Shown in pieces: positions 9,756 through 19,862 of a stretch of DNA of 64,000 nucleotides. The position numbers were made by a program, and so were the translations under genes. Each line of letters starts with the position of its first letter. Position 1 is the first letter of the stretch. This DNA is from an uncultured Acidobacteriota bacterium (GTDB taxonomy: Bacteria > Acidobacteriota > UBA6911 > RPQK01 > JAPXNP01). Below the pieces are notes generated by a model. That model saw only the letters and a program-made list of their open reading frames with translations. It did no database searches and had not been told where the DNA came from. The stretch lies in NCBI GenBank assembly GCA_963777605.1, contig CAVZRV010000008.1, forward strand, positions 96,001-160,000, in the 5' to 3' direction.

Positions 9756-10331
9756 ATGATCGAGTTTCCACCAATTCCAACCTGGGACGGTCTGCACCCG
9801 CTGATCGTTCATTTCCCCATCGCGATGCTGCTCGTTGCCCCGATCTTCGTTGTCCTTGGCGCCCTGCTTCCACGGGCCGGTCGGACCTTTTCAATCGCCG
9901 CTCTCCTGCTCATGTTCATGGGAACAACTGCGACCTTCGTGGCCATCGAAACGGGGGAAGCGGCTGGAGAACTGGCCGAACGGACGCCTCAGGTGATGGA
10001 GGTTCTCGAGCACCACGAAGAACTGGCCGAGCAGACGCGCACCGTTTTCGTGGCCCTGACCACCATCTTCCTGGTAATCCTGGTACTGCCCAGGCTCCTT
10101 TCCAAGGAACTTGGCAGGGGAACTGCACTGGCCTTGAACGGAGTCTTCCTGCTCTTCTACTTGGCCGGAGCCGTCGTTCTGATCAACACGGCACACAACG
10201 GTGGAAGGCTGGTCCATGAACTGGGCGTACGGGCATTCGTCGCTGCCCCGACGGGTCAACCCGGGAGCATAGCCAAGGCAGGGATCGCAGAAGCAATCCC
10301 TGATCGAACCAACTCCGACTTTGACGACTGA
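9756..10331 (+). CDS. DUF2231-family 4-TM membrane protein (putative heme-binding)
   Basis: LHPLIVHFPIA motif, EHHEELA, TAHNGGRLVH; four hydrophobic segments. Confidence 0.8.
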   Translation: MIEFPPIPTWDGLHPLIVHFPIAMLLVAPIFVVLGALLPRAGRTFSIAALLLMFMGTTATFVAIETGEAAGELAERTPQVMEVLEHHEELAEQTRTVFVALTTIFLVILVLPRLLSKELGRGTALALNGVFLLFYLAGAVVLINTAHNGGRLVHELGVRAFVAAPTGQPGSIAKAGIAEAIPDRTNSDFDD

Positions 10332-10339
10332 ACGGGAGG

Positions 10340-12001
10340 TTACTTGCTGGCCTCCTGCAGCAGCCAGCGGTGAGCCTCCCTGAAGGCGTCCACCTTGGCA
10401 TCGTAATCGGTGAAACTGCGCACCAGTCGGGCACAGATTTCATCAGCCAGTCCGGGATCCCGTTCGCCGACGAGCCGGAGCAGTTCGTAGTCTTCGATTC
10501 CGGATCCCATCGCCTCAAAGCGGACACTCGACCAGGGACCGTCCTTACCCGGATAGACAATGTGGGAGTCACCAGGAGGCAGGTGAAAAGCTTTGTAGGG
10601 TCCGTGCGGCGGACAGGTGTCCTCGAACGGGTCCTGCTCTTCGATGACCTGGTTGAGCCCCCAGTGGAGGAATCCGTCGAGCCGGTAGCGCCAGTTTGCC
10701 CAGTGGAGCAGGCGGGTGCGCAGCAACTCAGTGTCGATGAGTCGGTTGAGGTAAAAGCCGGTGGGATTGCAACAGGTGTAGAACCAGAGGGTGTCACCCC
10801 TGCGGCGGTGCGCCTCGAACCCGTCTCGATGCTCTTCATAGCTCTTGCTGACCGGGACCCAGATGTCGACGGCGCCGTCCAATTCAGGGTCGCCGAGGGC
10901 GTCGATCAGCGGGACTCCGGGGAGGAACTTCCGCACGGTGCCCGCCATGATCCGGTAATCGTCAAAATCTTCCGGGTTGGGCTCGTCAACAACGTGCTGG
11001 ATGGCCAGGTCGTACCATCCGTTGCGACGCAACATCTCCCTCCAGGCCGGGAGGTACTGGGAAAGGAATACGTAGGCTTCGTGGGACGTTCCGGACGTCA
11101 GGACCCCGTCGATGTTGACTACGAATGGGGCCACCCGTTCTTTCCTGCGGTCGTGGCTGGCGATGTGGGGAAGTTCGATATGGGTGAACCCCTCCTCGAG
11201 GAACATGCGGATCATCCGCTCAGTCCGGGAGAAATCGAATTCCCAGGTTCCTTCGCCCGTTTTGGTCCGCTCGGGCCCGACCGGGATAAAGTCGGTCTGG
11301 CGGCCACGCCGCATCAGGGCCGCATATTTCCGCAGCATGGCCCAGTGGGCTTCCGACCAGGGCTCGAGACCATGTAGCCGGGCCATCCTCGCTGTGCTGA
11401 ACCAGTTCGTCACTCTTAAATGTCCCTGGACGGGAACCTGGGCCGCGTACACCGTGACCGTCACCTTGACATCGGCTTCTCCGATCGGTGTGCGCACGCG
11501 CAGCCGCCCCTCGTGCCGTCCCGGTTGGACGTCACGGGGTATGACGAACGACACGTAGAGGGCGTCGGTTTCTCCCCGGGCAGGATCACCACTCTTCATT
11601 GGGCGCAGTGCCTCGAACACCCGGTAGGGAGCCTTTCGGATCACGTAGTCCGGAGTTGGTTGGTCGGGGGGAATGGCGCTGCAGGGAGGACCCGAGTTTT
11701 CCGGGACTCGCACGTCCACCATTTGATAGATTTCCGGAGACAAGTCCCCGTCAATTCGGTACTTGAGAGGGGCGCCCTCCTTCATCCCGCGGAGCAGCAA
11801 CTGGAACCCGGCTCGCCCCCCTCGGGGAGCGTCCAACTCGATCTGTCGAACCGGAGAGTCCGGGATCGGGGTATCCGGGTACAACCACTCATTGGCGGTG
11901 ACAACATGGTACTGAAGATCCTGTGCCAGAACTGCTCCGCCCACGAAACAAGCGACGCAGCCCGCCAGCAACCCCACCGACACCCAACTGAAACTCCTCA
12001 T
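10340..12001 (-). CDS. Secreted GH123/DUF4091-like glycoside hydrolase
   Basis: Signal peptide; HVVDEP, LWFYTCCNP, GFLHWG, PGDSHIVYPG, SSVRFEAMGSGIEDYELL. Confidence 0.82.
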   Translation of the reverse strand: MRSFSWVSVGLLAGCVACFVGGAVLAQDLQYHVVTANEWLYPDTPIPDSPVRQIELDAPRGGRAGFQLLLRGMKEGAPLKYRIDGDLSPEIYQMVDVRVPENSGPPCSAIPPDQPTPDYVIRKAPYRVFEALRPMKSGDPARGETDALYVSFVIPRDVQPGRHEGRLRVRTPIGEADVKVTVTVYAAQVPVQGHLRVTNWFSTARMARLHGLEPWSEAHWAMLRKYAALMRRGRQTDFIPVGPERTKTGEGTWEFDFSRTERMIRMFLEEGFTHIELPHIASHDRRKERVAPFVVNIDGVLTSGTSHEAYVFLSQYLPAWREMLRRNGWYDLAIQHVVDEPNPEDFDDYRIMAGTVRKFLPGVPLIDALGDPELDGAVDIWVPVSKSYEEHRDGFEAHRRRGDTLWFYTCCNPTGFYLNRLIDTELLRTRLLHWANWRYRLDGFLHWGLNQVIEEQDPFEDTCPPHGPYKAFHLPPGDSHIVYPGKDGPWSSVRFEAMGSGIEDYELLRLVGERDPGLADEICARLVRSFTDYDAKVDAFREAHRWLLQEASK

Positions 12002-12028
12002 CTTCTCCCCCCATTTCCGTCCGACTGG

Positions 12029-12418
12029 TTATCCAGGCCCACCGCGAGGAGGAGGGCCGGCCGATTCGAGCTCAGCCAGCTCTTCCTCGCTGAAAACCCG
12101 GGAACGCACCAGGAAACGCACACCTTCAGGGGCTTCCAGAGAGAAACCTCCTCCCCGACCCTTGACGACATCGATCGTCAGATGGGTGTGTTTCCAGAAC
12201 TCGAACTGGGCGGCACTCATGTAAAAGGGGCAGCCGTCGATCTCTCCCAGGAAGACATCCTGTTGCCCCACCCTGAACTCCCCCTTCGGATAACACATGG
12301 GAGAACTTCCGTCACAACATCCGCCGGACTGATGGAACATCAGGTCCCCGTGAAGGCTGCGGAGCTTGCGAATCAGTTCCAGGGCCTTTTCAGTCGCCGC
12401 CACTCGCAATACCGGCAT
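12029..12418 (-). CDS. DUF779 family protein
   Basis: MFHQSGGCCDGSSPMC and GRGGGFSLE; translationally coupled to the upstream aldehyde dehydrogenase, its usual context. Confidence 0.9.
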   Translation of the reverse strand: MPVLRVAATEKALELIRKLRSLHGDLMFHQSGGCCDGSSPMCYPKGEFRVGQQDVFLGEIDGCPFYMSAAQFEFWKHTHLTIDVVKGRGGGFSLEAPEGVRFLVRSRVFSEEELAELESAGPPPRGGPG

Positions 12419-13938
12419 CAGAAGAATCCTAACGCTTTCGGGCTGTAACTCACGAGCAGATTCTTGGTCTGCTGGTAGTGATCCAGCATCATCTTGTGAG
12501 TCTCCCGGCCAATCCCCGACTGCTTGTAACCGCCGAATGCCGCATGGGCCGGGTAAAGGTGATAGCAGTTGGTCCAGACTCTTCCGGCCTTGATTTCGCG
12601 ACCCATCCGGTAGGCGGTGCTCCCGTCGCGGGACCAGACGCCGGCGCCGAGCCCGTACAAGGTCTCGTTGGCGATCTTCAGGGCATCGTTATAATCCTCG
12701 AATGAAGTCACCGAAAGGACGGGACCGAAAATCTCCTCCTGGAAAATCCTCATCCGGTTGTTCCCAACGAAAATTGTGGGGGCCACGTAGTATCCCCCCG
12801 CCAATTCTCCGTCGAGTTGACACTGCTCCCCTCCCAGAACCAGGTCGGCACCTTCCTTCTTGCCAATGTCGATATAAGAGAGAATCTTTTCCAACTGGTC
12901 GGTCGAAGCCTGGGCACCAATCATGGTCGTCGTGTCCAGGGGATTGCCCTGCTTGATGCGCCGCGTCCGCTCGATGGCTCGTTCCATGAACTTGTCGAAA
13001 ATCGACTTTTGGACAAGCGCTCGAGACGGGCAGGTGCAGACTTCCCCCTGATTGAGCGCGAACATCGCAAAGCCCTCCATGGCCTTGTCCGCGAAATCGT
13101 CATCCTGGTCGAGGACGTCGGCAAAGAATACGTTGGGGGACTTGCCACCAAGTTCCAGGGTTACCGGGATGATGTTCTCCGAGGCGTACTGCATGATCAG
13201 GCGCCCCGTGGTCGTCTCACCGGTAAATGCAACCTTGGCGATGCGATTGCTGCTCGCCAGCGGTTTCCCGGCCTCGATTCCGAAACCGTTGACCACGTTC
13301 AGAACCCCGGCCGGAAGAAGGTCGCCGATCAGTTCCATCAAGACGAGAATTGCCACCGGAGTCTGCTCCGCCGGCTTGAGCACGATTGCATTACCTGCGG
13401 CCAGGGCCGGGGCCATCTTCCAGACTGCCATTAAGATAGGGAAATTCCAGGGAATGATCTGTCCGACCACTCCCAACGGTTCGTGGAAGTGGTAAGCCAC
13501 GGTGTCGGCATCGATCTCGGACAGGGATCCTTCCTGCGCCCGGATACAGCCAGCAAAGTAGCGGAAGTGGTCGACAGCGAGAGGGAGGTCGGCGGCCAGG
13601 CTCTCCCGAATCGGTTTCCCATTGTCCCAGGTCTCGACCAGGGCGAGCGTTTCCAGGTTCTGTTCGATCCGGTCGGCAATGGCGTTGAGCACCTGGGCTC
13701 GACTGGCCGGGGGTGTCTTCCCCCACCTGGGTGCCGCCTTGTGGGCGGCATCGAGAGCTAACTCGATGTCTTCTGCCGTCGAACGGGGCACTTCGCAGAA
13801 CGTTTTGCCGTTGACCGGACTGGGGTTCTCAAAATACATCCCCTTGACCGGAGCAACCCATTTGCCACCGATGAAATTCTCGTACCGTGATTTAAGATTA
13901 ATCTTGCTGTCTGGCTGGTTGGGCGCCTTGTAGATCAT
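12418..13938 (-). CDS. aldB: NAD-dependent aldehyde dehydrogenase (AldB/ExaC/AcoD type)
   Basis: [50 protein letters not shown]. Confidence 0.93.
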   Translation of the reverse strand: MIYKAPNQPDSKINLKSRYENFIGGKWVAPVKGMYFENPSPVNGKTFCEVPRSTAEDIELALDAAHKAAPRWGKTPPASRAQVLNAIADRIEQNLETLALVETWDNGKPIRESLAADLPLAVDHFRYFAGCIRAQEGSLSEIDADTVAYHFHEPLGVVGQIIPWNFPILMAVWKMAPALAAGNAIVLKPAEQTPVAILVLMELIGDLLPAGVLNVVNGFGIEAGKPLASSNRIAKVAFTGETTTGRLIMQYASENIIPVTLELGGKSPNVFFADVLDQDDDFADKAMEGFAMFALNQGEVCTCPSRALVQKSIFDKFMERAIERTRRIKQGNPLDTTTMIGAQASTDQLEKILSYIDIGKKEGADLVLGGEQCQLDGELAGGYYVAPTIFVGNNRMRIFQEEIFGPVLSVTSFEDYNDALKIANETLYGLGAGVWSRDGSTAYRMGREIKAGRVWTNCYHLYPAHAAFGGYKQSGIGRETHKMMLDHYQQTKNLLVSYSPKALGFF

Positions 13939-14214
13939 GATCAGGCCTCCGTTTCTCCGGGTCAGTGATTATCAGGCGGAGGAGGACCCGGGCGGGCGAA
14001 TCGGCAGAATCGTTCGTCGAGTTCGCACTCGCAAAGTCAAACCGGAAACACGTCAAACAGCTCAAGACCGGATCCCTTCCGCAAAACAATTTGGGAATAC
14101 GCTTTGCAAAGCAGAATATGTCGTCCAGACGGAGGGCGTCAAGCCGCCACCAAGATGAGGGCGACAGGACACCAGGCCTTTCCTTTGGCTTCCGATCGTG
14201 CTATCTGTTCGCCC

Positions 14215-15462
14215 ATGGACCTTTCCATCCAGCGCCCCCAGTTTCGGCCTCGCATCGGTTTGTTCTCAACCCTGACAGTTGCCCTGACTCTTTCAGCGAT
14301 CCCCAGTCCGTTGAATGCCCAGGCTCAGTCCCCGGATTCTGTGAAGTGGACAATTCGGGCACTGACGGTGGATTCCAACGAGGGTATCGATCTCGCCGAC
14401 ATCAACCGTGACGGCAGGCTCGATGTCGTCGCCGGACGCAACTGGTATGCGGCGCCCGATTTCATCCCCCGGCCGGTGCGGCTGATCGACGACTGGTCGG
14501 GATATGTCCTCAGCAACGGCGACTTTGCCTATGACGTGAACCGCGACGGGTGGGTAGACGTCATCGCAGGGGCTTTCAATCTCCCGGAAGTCCACTGGTA
14601 CGAGAACCCCGGAGCGAAGGATCTCGCGATGGGCAAGCTCTGGCCGAAGCACCTTCTTGCCGATACCGGGGCGACGACGAATGAGGGGCAGTTGCTCTAC
14701 GACATCGACGGTGACGGCACGCCGGAGTGGGTGGTCAACAGCTGGACGCCGGAAACCCCTTTTGTTGCCTGGAGGTTTCGTCGCCAGGCGGACCCAGAAG
14801 ATGGAAAAGGAACCGACTCTTCCTCCCCGGCAGTCATTCTCGAGAAAGCAGTCATCGGCCGGGACCTCAACGGCCACGGCTTGGGCTTTGGTGACCTCAA
14901 CGGTGACGGACGTGCCGATCTTCTCTTCGAGTCGGGCTGGTACGAAGCACCGGCGACCGGTTCACTGTCGGAACCCTGGACGCTTCACCGGGACTGGAAC
15001 TTTCATGCCTCGATCCCGATTCTGGTCCGCGACCTCAACGGAGACGGTCGCAACGATGTCGTCATTGGCCGGGGACACGACTACGGCCTTTATTGGTGGG
15101 AACAGGGTCAACCCCGCTCCGACGGTACCTTGACCTGGACCGAGCATGTCATCGACGACTCCTTTTCCCAGGTCCATGCCCTCCACTTCGCCGACCTGGA
15201 TGGTGACGGGCAGGACGAACTGATCGCCGGAAAGCGGGTACTCGCCCACAATGGTCAGGATCCCGGTTCGGCTGACCCTCCCTGCATCGCCTACTACGCT
15301 TGGGACGCCCGGTTGAAGTCGTTCCAAAAGCACGTCATCGACGAAGGAAGAGTCGGCGGCGGCCTTCAGATTCGGACCGGAGACCTCAACGGAGACGGCC
15401 GCCTCGACATCGCCGTGGCGGGCAAGAGCGGGACGTACATTCTCTTCAACGAGGGGGACTGA
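14215..15462 (+). CDS. Secreted FG-GAP/VCBS repeat beta-propeller protein
   Basis: Repeated D(I/L/V)NxDGxxD motifs and a signal-peptide-like stretch. Start codon uncertain (14155 or 14215). Confidence 0.85.
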   Translation: MDLSIQRPQFRPRIGLFSTLTVALTLSAIPSPLNAQAQSPDSVKWTIRALTVDSNEGIDLADINRDGRLDVVAGRNWYAAPDFIPRPVRLIDDWSGYVLSNGDFAYDVNRDGWVDVIAGAFNLPEVHWYENPGAKDLAMGKLWPKHLLADTGATTNEGQLLYDIDGDGTPEWVVNSWTPETPFVAWRFRRQADPEDGKGTDSSSPAVILEKAVIGRDLNGHGLGFGDLNGDGRADLLFESGWYEAPATGSLSEPWTLHRDWNFHASIPILVRDLNGDGRNDVVIGRGHDYGLYWWEQGQPRSDGTLTWTEHVIDDSFSQVHALHFADLDGDGQDELIAGKRVLAHNGQDPGSADPPCIAYYAWDARLKSFQKHVIDEGRVGGGLQIRTGDLNGDGRLDIAVAGKSGTYILFNEGD

Positions 15463-15503
15463 TTCGAAGTCCGAAGTCCGAAGTTCGAAGTTCGAAGTTC
15501 AAA
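15463..15503. repeat. Heptamer tandem repeat (GAAGTYC)n between convergent genes
   Basis: ttcgaagtccgaagtccgaagttcgaagttcgaagttcaaag; related heptamers occur at 29500-29532 and 29685-29728. Confidence 0.75.
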
Positions 15504-15543
15504 GCGGGAAGCGAACGATTGTGCCGATTTCCGGCGTCGGCCC

Positions 15544-16626
15544 TCAAATTTTGAACGTCGAACGGAAGTTTGAGTAAATTTTCCCCGGTTGCATGGCATG
15601 TCCCCAGCTCAGCGTGTTGGCATCGGGGATGTCGGTGCGGGCCCCCGGGATTTTCCCGGCCTGGATCAGCGATCCGAACTGGAAGTAGACGGCATCCATA
15701 TCCGAATGCCAGCCCGGAAAATGGCCGAATCCGCCGTCATCGTTGCGGCAACCCACTACCCATTCCGCGGCCTTGTCCATGGCCGTGCGGCAGGCCGGGG
15801 CGTCACCGCCCAACTGATGAAGAATGAAGAGGGCGTCAAAGCAGGCGTGGACGTCCCAGTCCGGCTCCTTGATATTCCACCCTCCTTCGTTGGTCTGGTC
15901 TGCGAGGGTCCGTGTCACCATGGCATCGGCACGTGGGGTGGGTTCCCCGATCATGCGGAAGAAATGCGCCATGTGAAAGGTCGCTGCGACATGGTCCTGA
16001 AGGTAGCCATCCGCACCTTGCGAAGCAATCATGAAATCTTTGACGGCCTGCTTGTAGCCCGGCGGGAACTCGGTCCCGAGCGCAGCATAGAAGAGCGGAA
16101 AGAAACTGGTGGTATAGAGTGGCAACTGGGCGAACCTGTCGTTCTCGAAAAACGGGTCGAGGACAGCTGTCGGATCATAATCGGGAAGAGCGCCGAGAGC
16201 TCGAAGGGCCACAACCCCCTGCGTGGTGTTGTAAAGAACCGCCAACTCGCTCTCGGGATCGAACTCTCCCGCGAGGTTCCGGAACCGGCCATCCGGCTGT
16301 TGGTGCATCGCCACGAAGGCGATGCTGTTGGCCAGACTCGGCAATTCCCATCCCATCGTCTTGGCCAGGACCGCGGCATAGGTTACGGCGGCCAGGTCGC
16401 TTGCATTGGTATCGGAATTGCCCGGATAGTTGAGGTCGGGAGAGGCTGAATAACCTCCGTCGTCCCGACGGCATTGCTCGATAAACTTCCGGCATGCGTC
16501 GGAAATCGCTTCGAAGTCCACCCCCGGCTCCGGCGAGGCTTCCTGCCGCCTGCCGAAGGCGAGGGCGCCGGCCAGCGGGCCTGCCGAAAGCACTTTCAAC
16601 ACCGTTCGTCGATCCAGTGGCTTCAT
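15544..16626 (-). CDS. Tat-exported prenyltransferase/squalene-oxidase-repeat (alpha/alpha toroid) protein
   Basis: DRRTVLK Tat motif; repeats CRRDDGGY, QQPDGRF, QGADGY, QTNEGGW, CRNDDGGF. Confidence 0.75.
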   Translation of the reverse strand: MKPLDRRTVLKVLSAGPLAGALAFGRRQEASPEPGVDFEAISDACRKFIEQCRRDDGGYSASPDLNYPGNSDTNASDLAAVTYAAVLAKTMGWELPSLANSIAFVAMHQQPDGRFRNLAGEFDPESELAVLYNTTQGVVALRALGALPDYDPTAVLDPFFENDRFAQLPLYTTSFFPLFYAALGTEFPPGYKQAVKDFMIASQGADGYLQDHVAATFHMAHFFRMIGEPTPRADAMVTRTLADQTNEGGWNIKEPDWDVHACFDALFILHQLGGDAPACRTAMDKAAEWVVGCRNDDGGFGHFPGWHSDMDAVYFQFGSLIQAGKIPGARTDIPDANTLSWGHAMQPGKIYSNFRSTFKI

Positions 16627-16671
16627 GACTCATCTCCTCCTTCTCCGGTCAGAATGACCGTTTCTTTCGAG

Positions 16672-18006
16672 TCAGTCCAGCCCGTGCGGAGACTCCTCTT
16701 GCAGATCTCCCGGAACGCTGGCCGAGCCAGTCGTCAGCGAGCGGTGGGCCAGGTGGCCGATCAACTCCGCATGTTCCATCGCCTCGTGGATGACTCCCGT
16801 CCGTCCGGAACGGATAGATTCAAAAAAGCCGGTCAAGTGAAGCCGGGTCCCATCCGCCTCAACCTTGATCTCCTCGACGGGCGCCTGGTTCGCCTCAACA
16901 CCGGGTGAGATATCCTCCGTTTCCCCTCCGAGCTCTTTCGCGTATGCGGACCGGTAACGGTTCGGCCAGGCCAGGGCCGGTTCCACATACCGGCCGGCGC
17001 GGAACCGTCTAACCGACGCCGGAGAGAACTCGATCCTGCCCTCGGAGCCCTGCAGGGTCACCAGGAACCGGGGAGGGCCTTCCTGCTCGACAGCCGATAG
17101 GTAGATAGCGGGACCCTCGGCGAACTCAACGCGGGAAAAAACACGATCGGGAAGGTCCCAACGCGAGTCCTGCCGCTCGATGCCCCCGAGACTGGTCACT
17201 TTTACCGGCTTTGCGAGGGGGCGAACCGTGTGGATGGCGGCAAGGAGATGCTGAAAATGACGCATAGTGATCCCGGCCGAGTAGTCGGAGTATCCTCCCC
17301 ACGTGAAGAAGCGATGGGCATCGAACTCTCGCTCGGGACCTTCGTTGAGAAACCAGTCCCAGTTGCGCTTCTGAAGCGTTGCGCCGGGCGGGATCGGAGA
17401 AAAACCGCCCCAGTAGCCGCTTGCCTCTCCTTCGATGGAAAGCAGCTCTCCGATTTTGTCGTTGGCCAGCCACTGGGCGGCCGTGCGGGCCGTCGCGCTG
17501 CTCAACTGTTGCGCCCCCCAATACAGTGACGACGTCGGGCGATCAGTGGATTTGGTCTTGATGTTTGCCCATTCCTCCCACCGGTAGGTTCCCGGAGGCT
17601 CGACGTAAACCCGCTTCCCGCGGTGGAGTGCTTCTTCGACGACCTGGGCCGACAGGTGATCAGGAAGAGCCACGATCACTCCGTCGAGGTGCTCGGCCAG
17701 GAGCACTTTGATCCACATCGGAGTGAAGAACGATCGTCTCATCCCGAGTTCGCGCAGGCGATCGAAGTGGGGAGTCCAGAGGTCACCGCAGGAGACCACG
17801 TTGATGCCCGGATCATCTGCGACGAGACGCAGCAACTGAAATCCCCGGTTTCCCATCCCGATGAAGCCGATCCCCAGGGGGGCCTCACTTCCCGACTGGG
17901 AGAACTGTCCGATCAGCGGGGCGGTTATGAAGGGAGCAACGGCCGTATTCTGGAGAAAGCGACGTCGAGTGGGGCGATCGAATTGGGACAGCGGGCGACT
18001 CTTCAC
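16672..18006 (-). CDS. Tat-exported Gfo/Idh/MocA-family oxidoreductase (degenerate active site)
   Basis: TRRRFL, IGFIGMGNRG Rossmann motif, VYVEPP in place of EKP, WDWFL, FFTWGGYSDYSAG. Confidence 0.8.
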   Translation of the reverse strand: MKSRPLSQFDRPTRRRFLQNTAVAPFITAPLIGQFSQSGSEAPLGIGFIGMGNRGFQLLRLVADDPGINVVSCGDLWTPHFDRLRELGMRRSFFTPMWIKVLLAEHLDGVIVALPDHLSAQVVEEALHRGKRVYVEPPGTYRWEEWANIKTKSTDRPTSSLYWGAQQLSSATARTAAQWLANDKIGELLSIEGEASGYWGGFSPIPPGATLQKRNWDWFLNEGPEREFDAHRFFTWGGYSDYSAGITMRHFQHLLAAIHTVRPLAKPVKVTSLGGIERQDSRWDLPDRVFSRVEFAEGPAIYLSAVEQEGPPRFLVTLQGSEGRIEFSPASVRRFRAGRYVEPALAWPNRYRSAYAKELGGETEDISPGVEANQAPVEEIKVEADGTRLHLTGFFESIRSGRTGVIHEAMEHAELIGHLAHRSLTTGSASVPGDLQEESPHGLD

Positions 18007-18053
18007 GGGAAGAATATAGCCGCAGGAACCCGCACTGGCAACCAGGGTGCTTC

Positions 18054-19859
18054 TTAGTCCTCACCGATCACCAGTTTCAGCTGGCGGATCCGGTTATTGA
18101 CCTCTGTAAGGCTCAACTCCCGATAGCGAGGCGGGAGGAATCGGTTGTCCGTGCACTCCTTGACAGCAAGAAGATCCATCAACTCCAGGCGATCCACGTG
18201 CGCCGACGGGCGAAAGTCGGCAATCACCTCGGAAATGATTTCCGGGAGCGACCGGGGAGCTGCATCCTCCGCCTGGGTCTCGAATCGCCGCAGGCTCCGG
18301 ATCAGAATCCCCTCCATTTCGTTCCCACCGATCCGGTTGTCGTCGGGCAGCCGGGGCAACTCCTCCGCCGATATCGTCAGCCCGACTTTCCGGGCCATGG
18401 CGTAGAAGAGGGCGTGACGGCTTTCCTCGTCCTGAGGGGGAAACAGGGGAATGTGCACATCGAGCCTTCCCTGCCGCTTGAGATCGACTTCGAGCAGGTC
18501 GGGGCGGCTCGTGGCGAAGATCCAGACGATCTTACCCCGATTCCGGGTGTCGCTCATTTCGCGGGCCAGCATGCCGTACACGCGGCCGCTGAGGCCCGAG
18601 TCTCCCGATCCACTGTCGCGCCTTCCGGTCATCTGGTCGGCTTCGTCAACGAACACGATGACCTGTCCCAAGGCGTGCAAAATGTTGAACACCCGCTCCA
18701 GGTTGCCCTCGGTTGCACCTACCCACTTGTCCCGGAAATTCTTGATCTCGACGACCGGTATGCCGACCTCTCCGGCGAGGCATTCAACCAGGTAGGTCTT
18801 GCCCGTCCCGATGCGGCCGCACAACAGGTACCCCATTGGAATCGCCCGAAGCCGGCCGCGTCTCAGGAGGGCTGCGTCCTCTTTCAGCCAGCGCTTGGCC
18901 TCATTGTGCCCCGCCACATCATCGAGCCGGCGGGTCGTTTCGATGAACTCGATTCGACCGAAAGCCTCCTTCTCAATCGTCTCCTTCTTCACCCTGGTCA
19001 GATAGTCCATGGTGATCCGGAGATTGCCCACCCTGGCGCGCAACAGGAGTCCGCGGATATTGACCCGCGAGAGGCCGACAAGTTTCTCGGCCAGCTGATC
19101 GCGACCGACCTCGCAGTTCTCTTCGAAGGACTCATCCTGGGGAACTGCCTCGGCAACAAACTCGGCGATCTCGGCCGCGTTGGGAAGGTCGATCTTGATC
19201 TTCGCGGAATACGGGTTCTCTACCAGGTTTTGATTCAGGTCCGAGAGGTTCTCGGCGACGAGAACGGTTGCCACCGACGCCCCGGAAATCGCAGGGTCAC
19301 TCGACCAGTCGAGCAACTGGATCAGGTTCTGGCTCAACTGTCCGGAGAGATGGACCGGCTCACCCCGGGGGGCAATGAACTCCACGTAGTCGATTACAAT
19401 AGCGACCTTGAGGGGGTCGGGCACTCGCACTCCGCCGCCGTCAGTCCGGGTTCTGTGCTGGCTCCCCCGAAGGAACCGGGTAATCAGCTCGAGGGCCCGC
19501 TGCGGGTCCCTCGGAAGAAGATTGCTCAGGTCGAGTGCCGACATCCGGTCCGGTCCGGTGTCGGGCAACTCTGCCCAGGCGGTTCCCCGAAACGAGTCGA
19601 ATGACTTGAGAAACTGGTGGAACAGGTCGCCACCCTTGGGCACCCGGATCCCCCGCCCGCGGTCGTAGTCGATGATCACGTCGAATGGATCGAACATGAC
19701 CTGGGTCAGGAACTGCGTCAGGGAGGTGTACTGCATCCTGCCTTCAGACGCCGGAGCGCCCACCAGGTCGAACACGTCGCCGTAAAGAATGAACTGGCTG
19801 TTCGATCCGGACCGGTAGAGCTGACGCATCTCCTCGGCCCAGGCGGGAAGGTCGGCCAT
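18054..19859 (-). CDS. Classical-clade AAA+ ATPase with an N-terminal degenerate AAA-like domain
   Basis: Walker A GRIGTGKT, pore loop KWVG, Walker B VFVDEAD, SRH TSRPDLLEVDLKRQGRLD. The N-terminal half has the Walker-B-like AIVIDYVE but no P-loop. Confidence 0.9.
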   Translation of the reverse strand: MADLPAWAEEMRQLYRSGSNSQFILYGDVFDLVGAPASEGRMQYTSLTQFLTQVMFDPFDVIIDYDRGRGIRVPKGGDLFHQFLKSFDSFRGTAWAELPDTGPDRMSALDLSNLLPRDPQRALELITRFLRGSQHRTRTDGGGVRVPDPLKVAIVIDYVEFIAPRGEPVHLSGQLSQNLIQLLDWSSDPAISGASVATVLVAENLSDLNQNLVENPYSAKIKIDLPNAAEIAEFVAEAVPQDESFEENCEVGRDQLAEKLVGLSRVNIRGLLLRARVGNLRITMDYLTRVKKETIEKEAFGRIEFIETTRRLDDVAGHNEAKRWLKEDAALLRRGRLRAIPMGYLLCGRIGTGKTYLVECLAGEVGIPVVEIKNFRDKWVGATEGNLERVFNILHALGQVIVFVDEADQMTGRRDSGSGDSGLSGRVYGMLAREMSDTRNRGKIVWIFATSRPDLLEVDLKRQGRLDVHIPLFPPQDEESRHALFYAMARKVGLTISAEELPRLPDDNRIGGNEMEGILIRSLRRFETQAEDAAPRSLPEIISEVIADFRPSAHVDRLELMDLLAVKECTDNRFLPPRYRELSLTEVNNRIRQLKLVIGED

Positions 19860-19862
19860 GGT

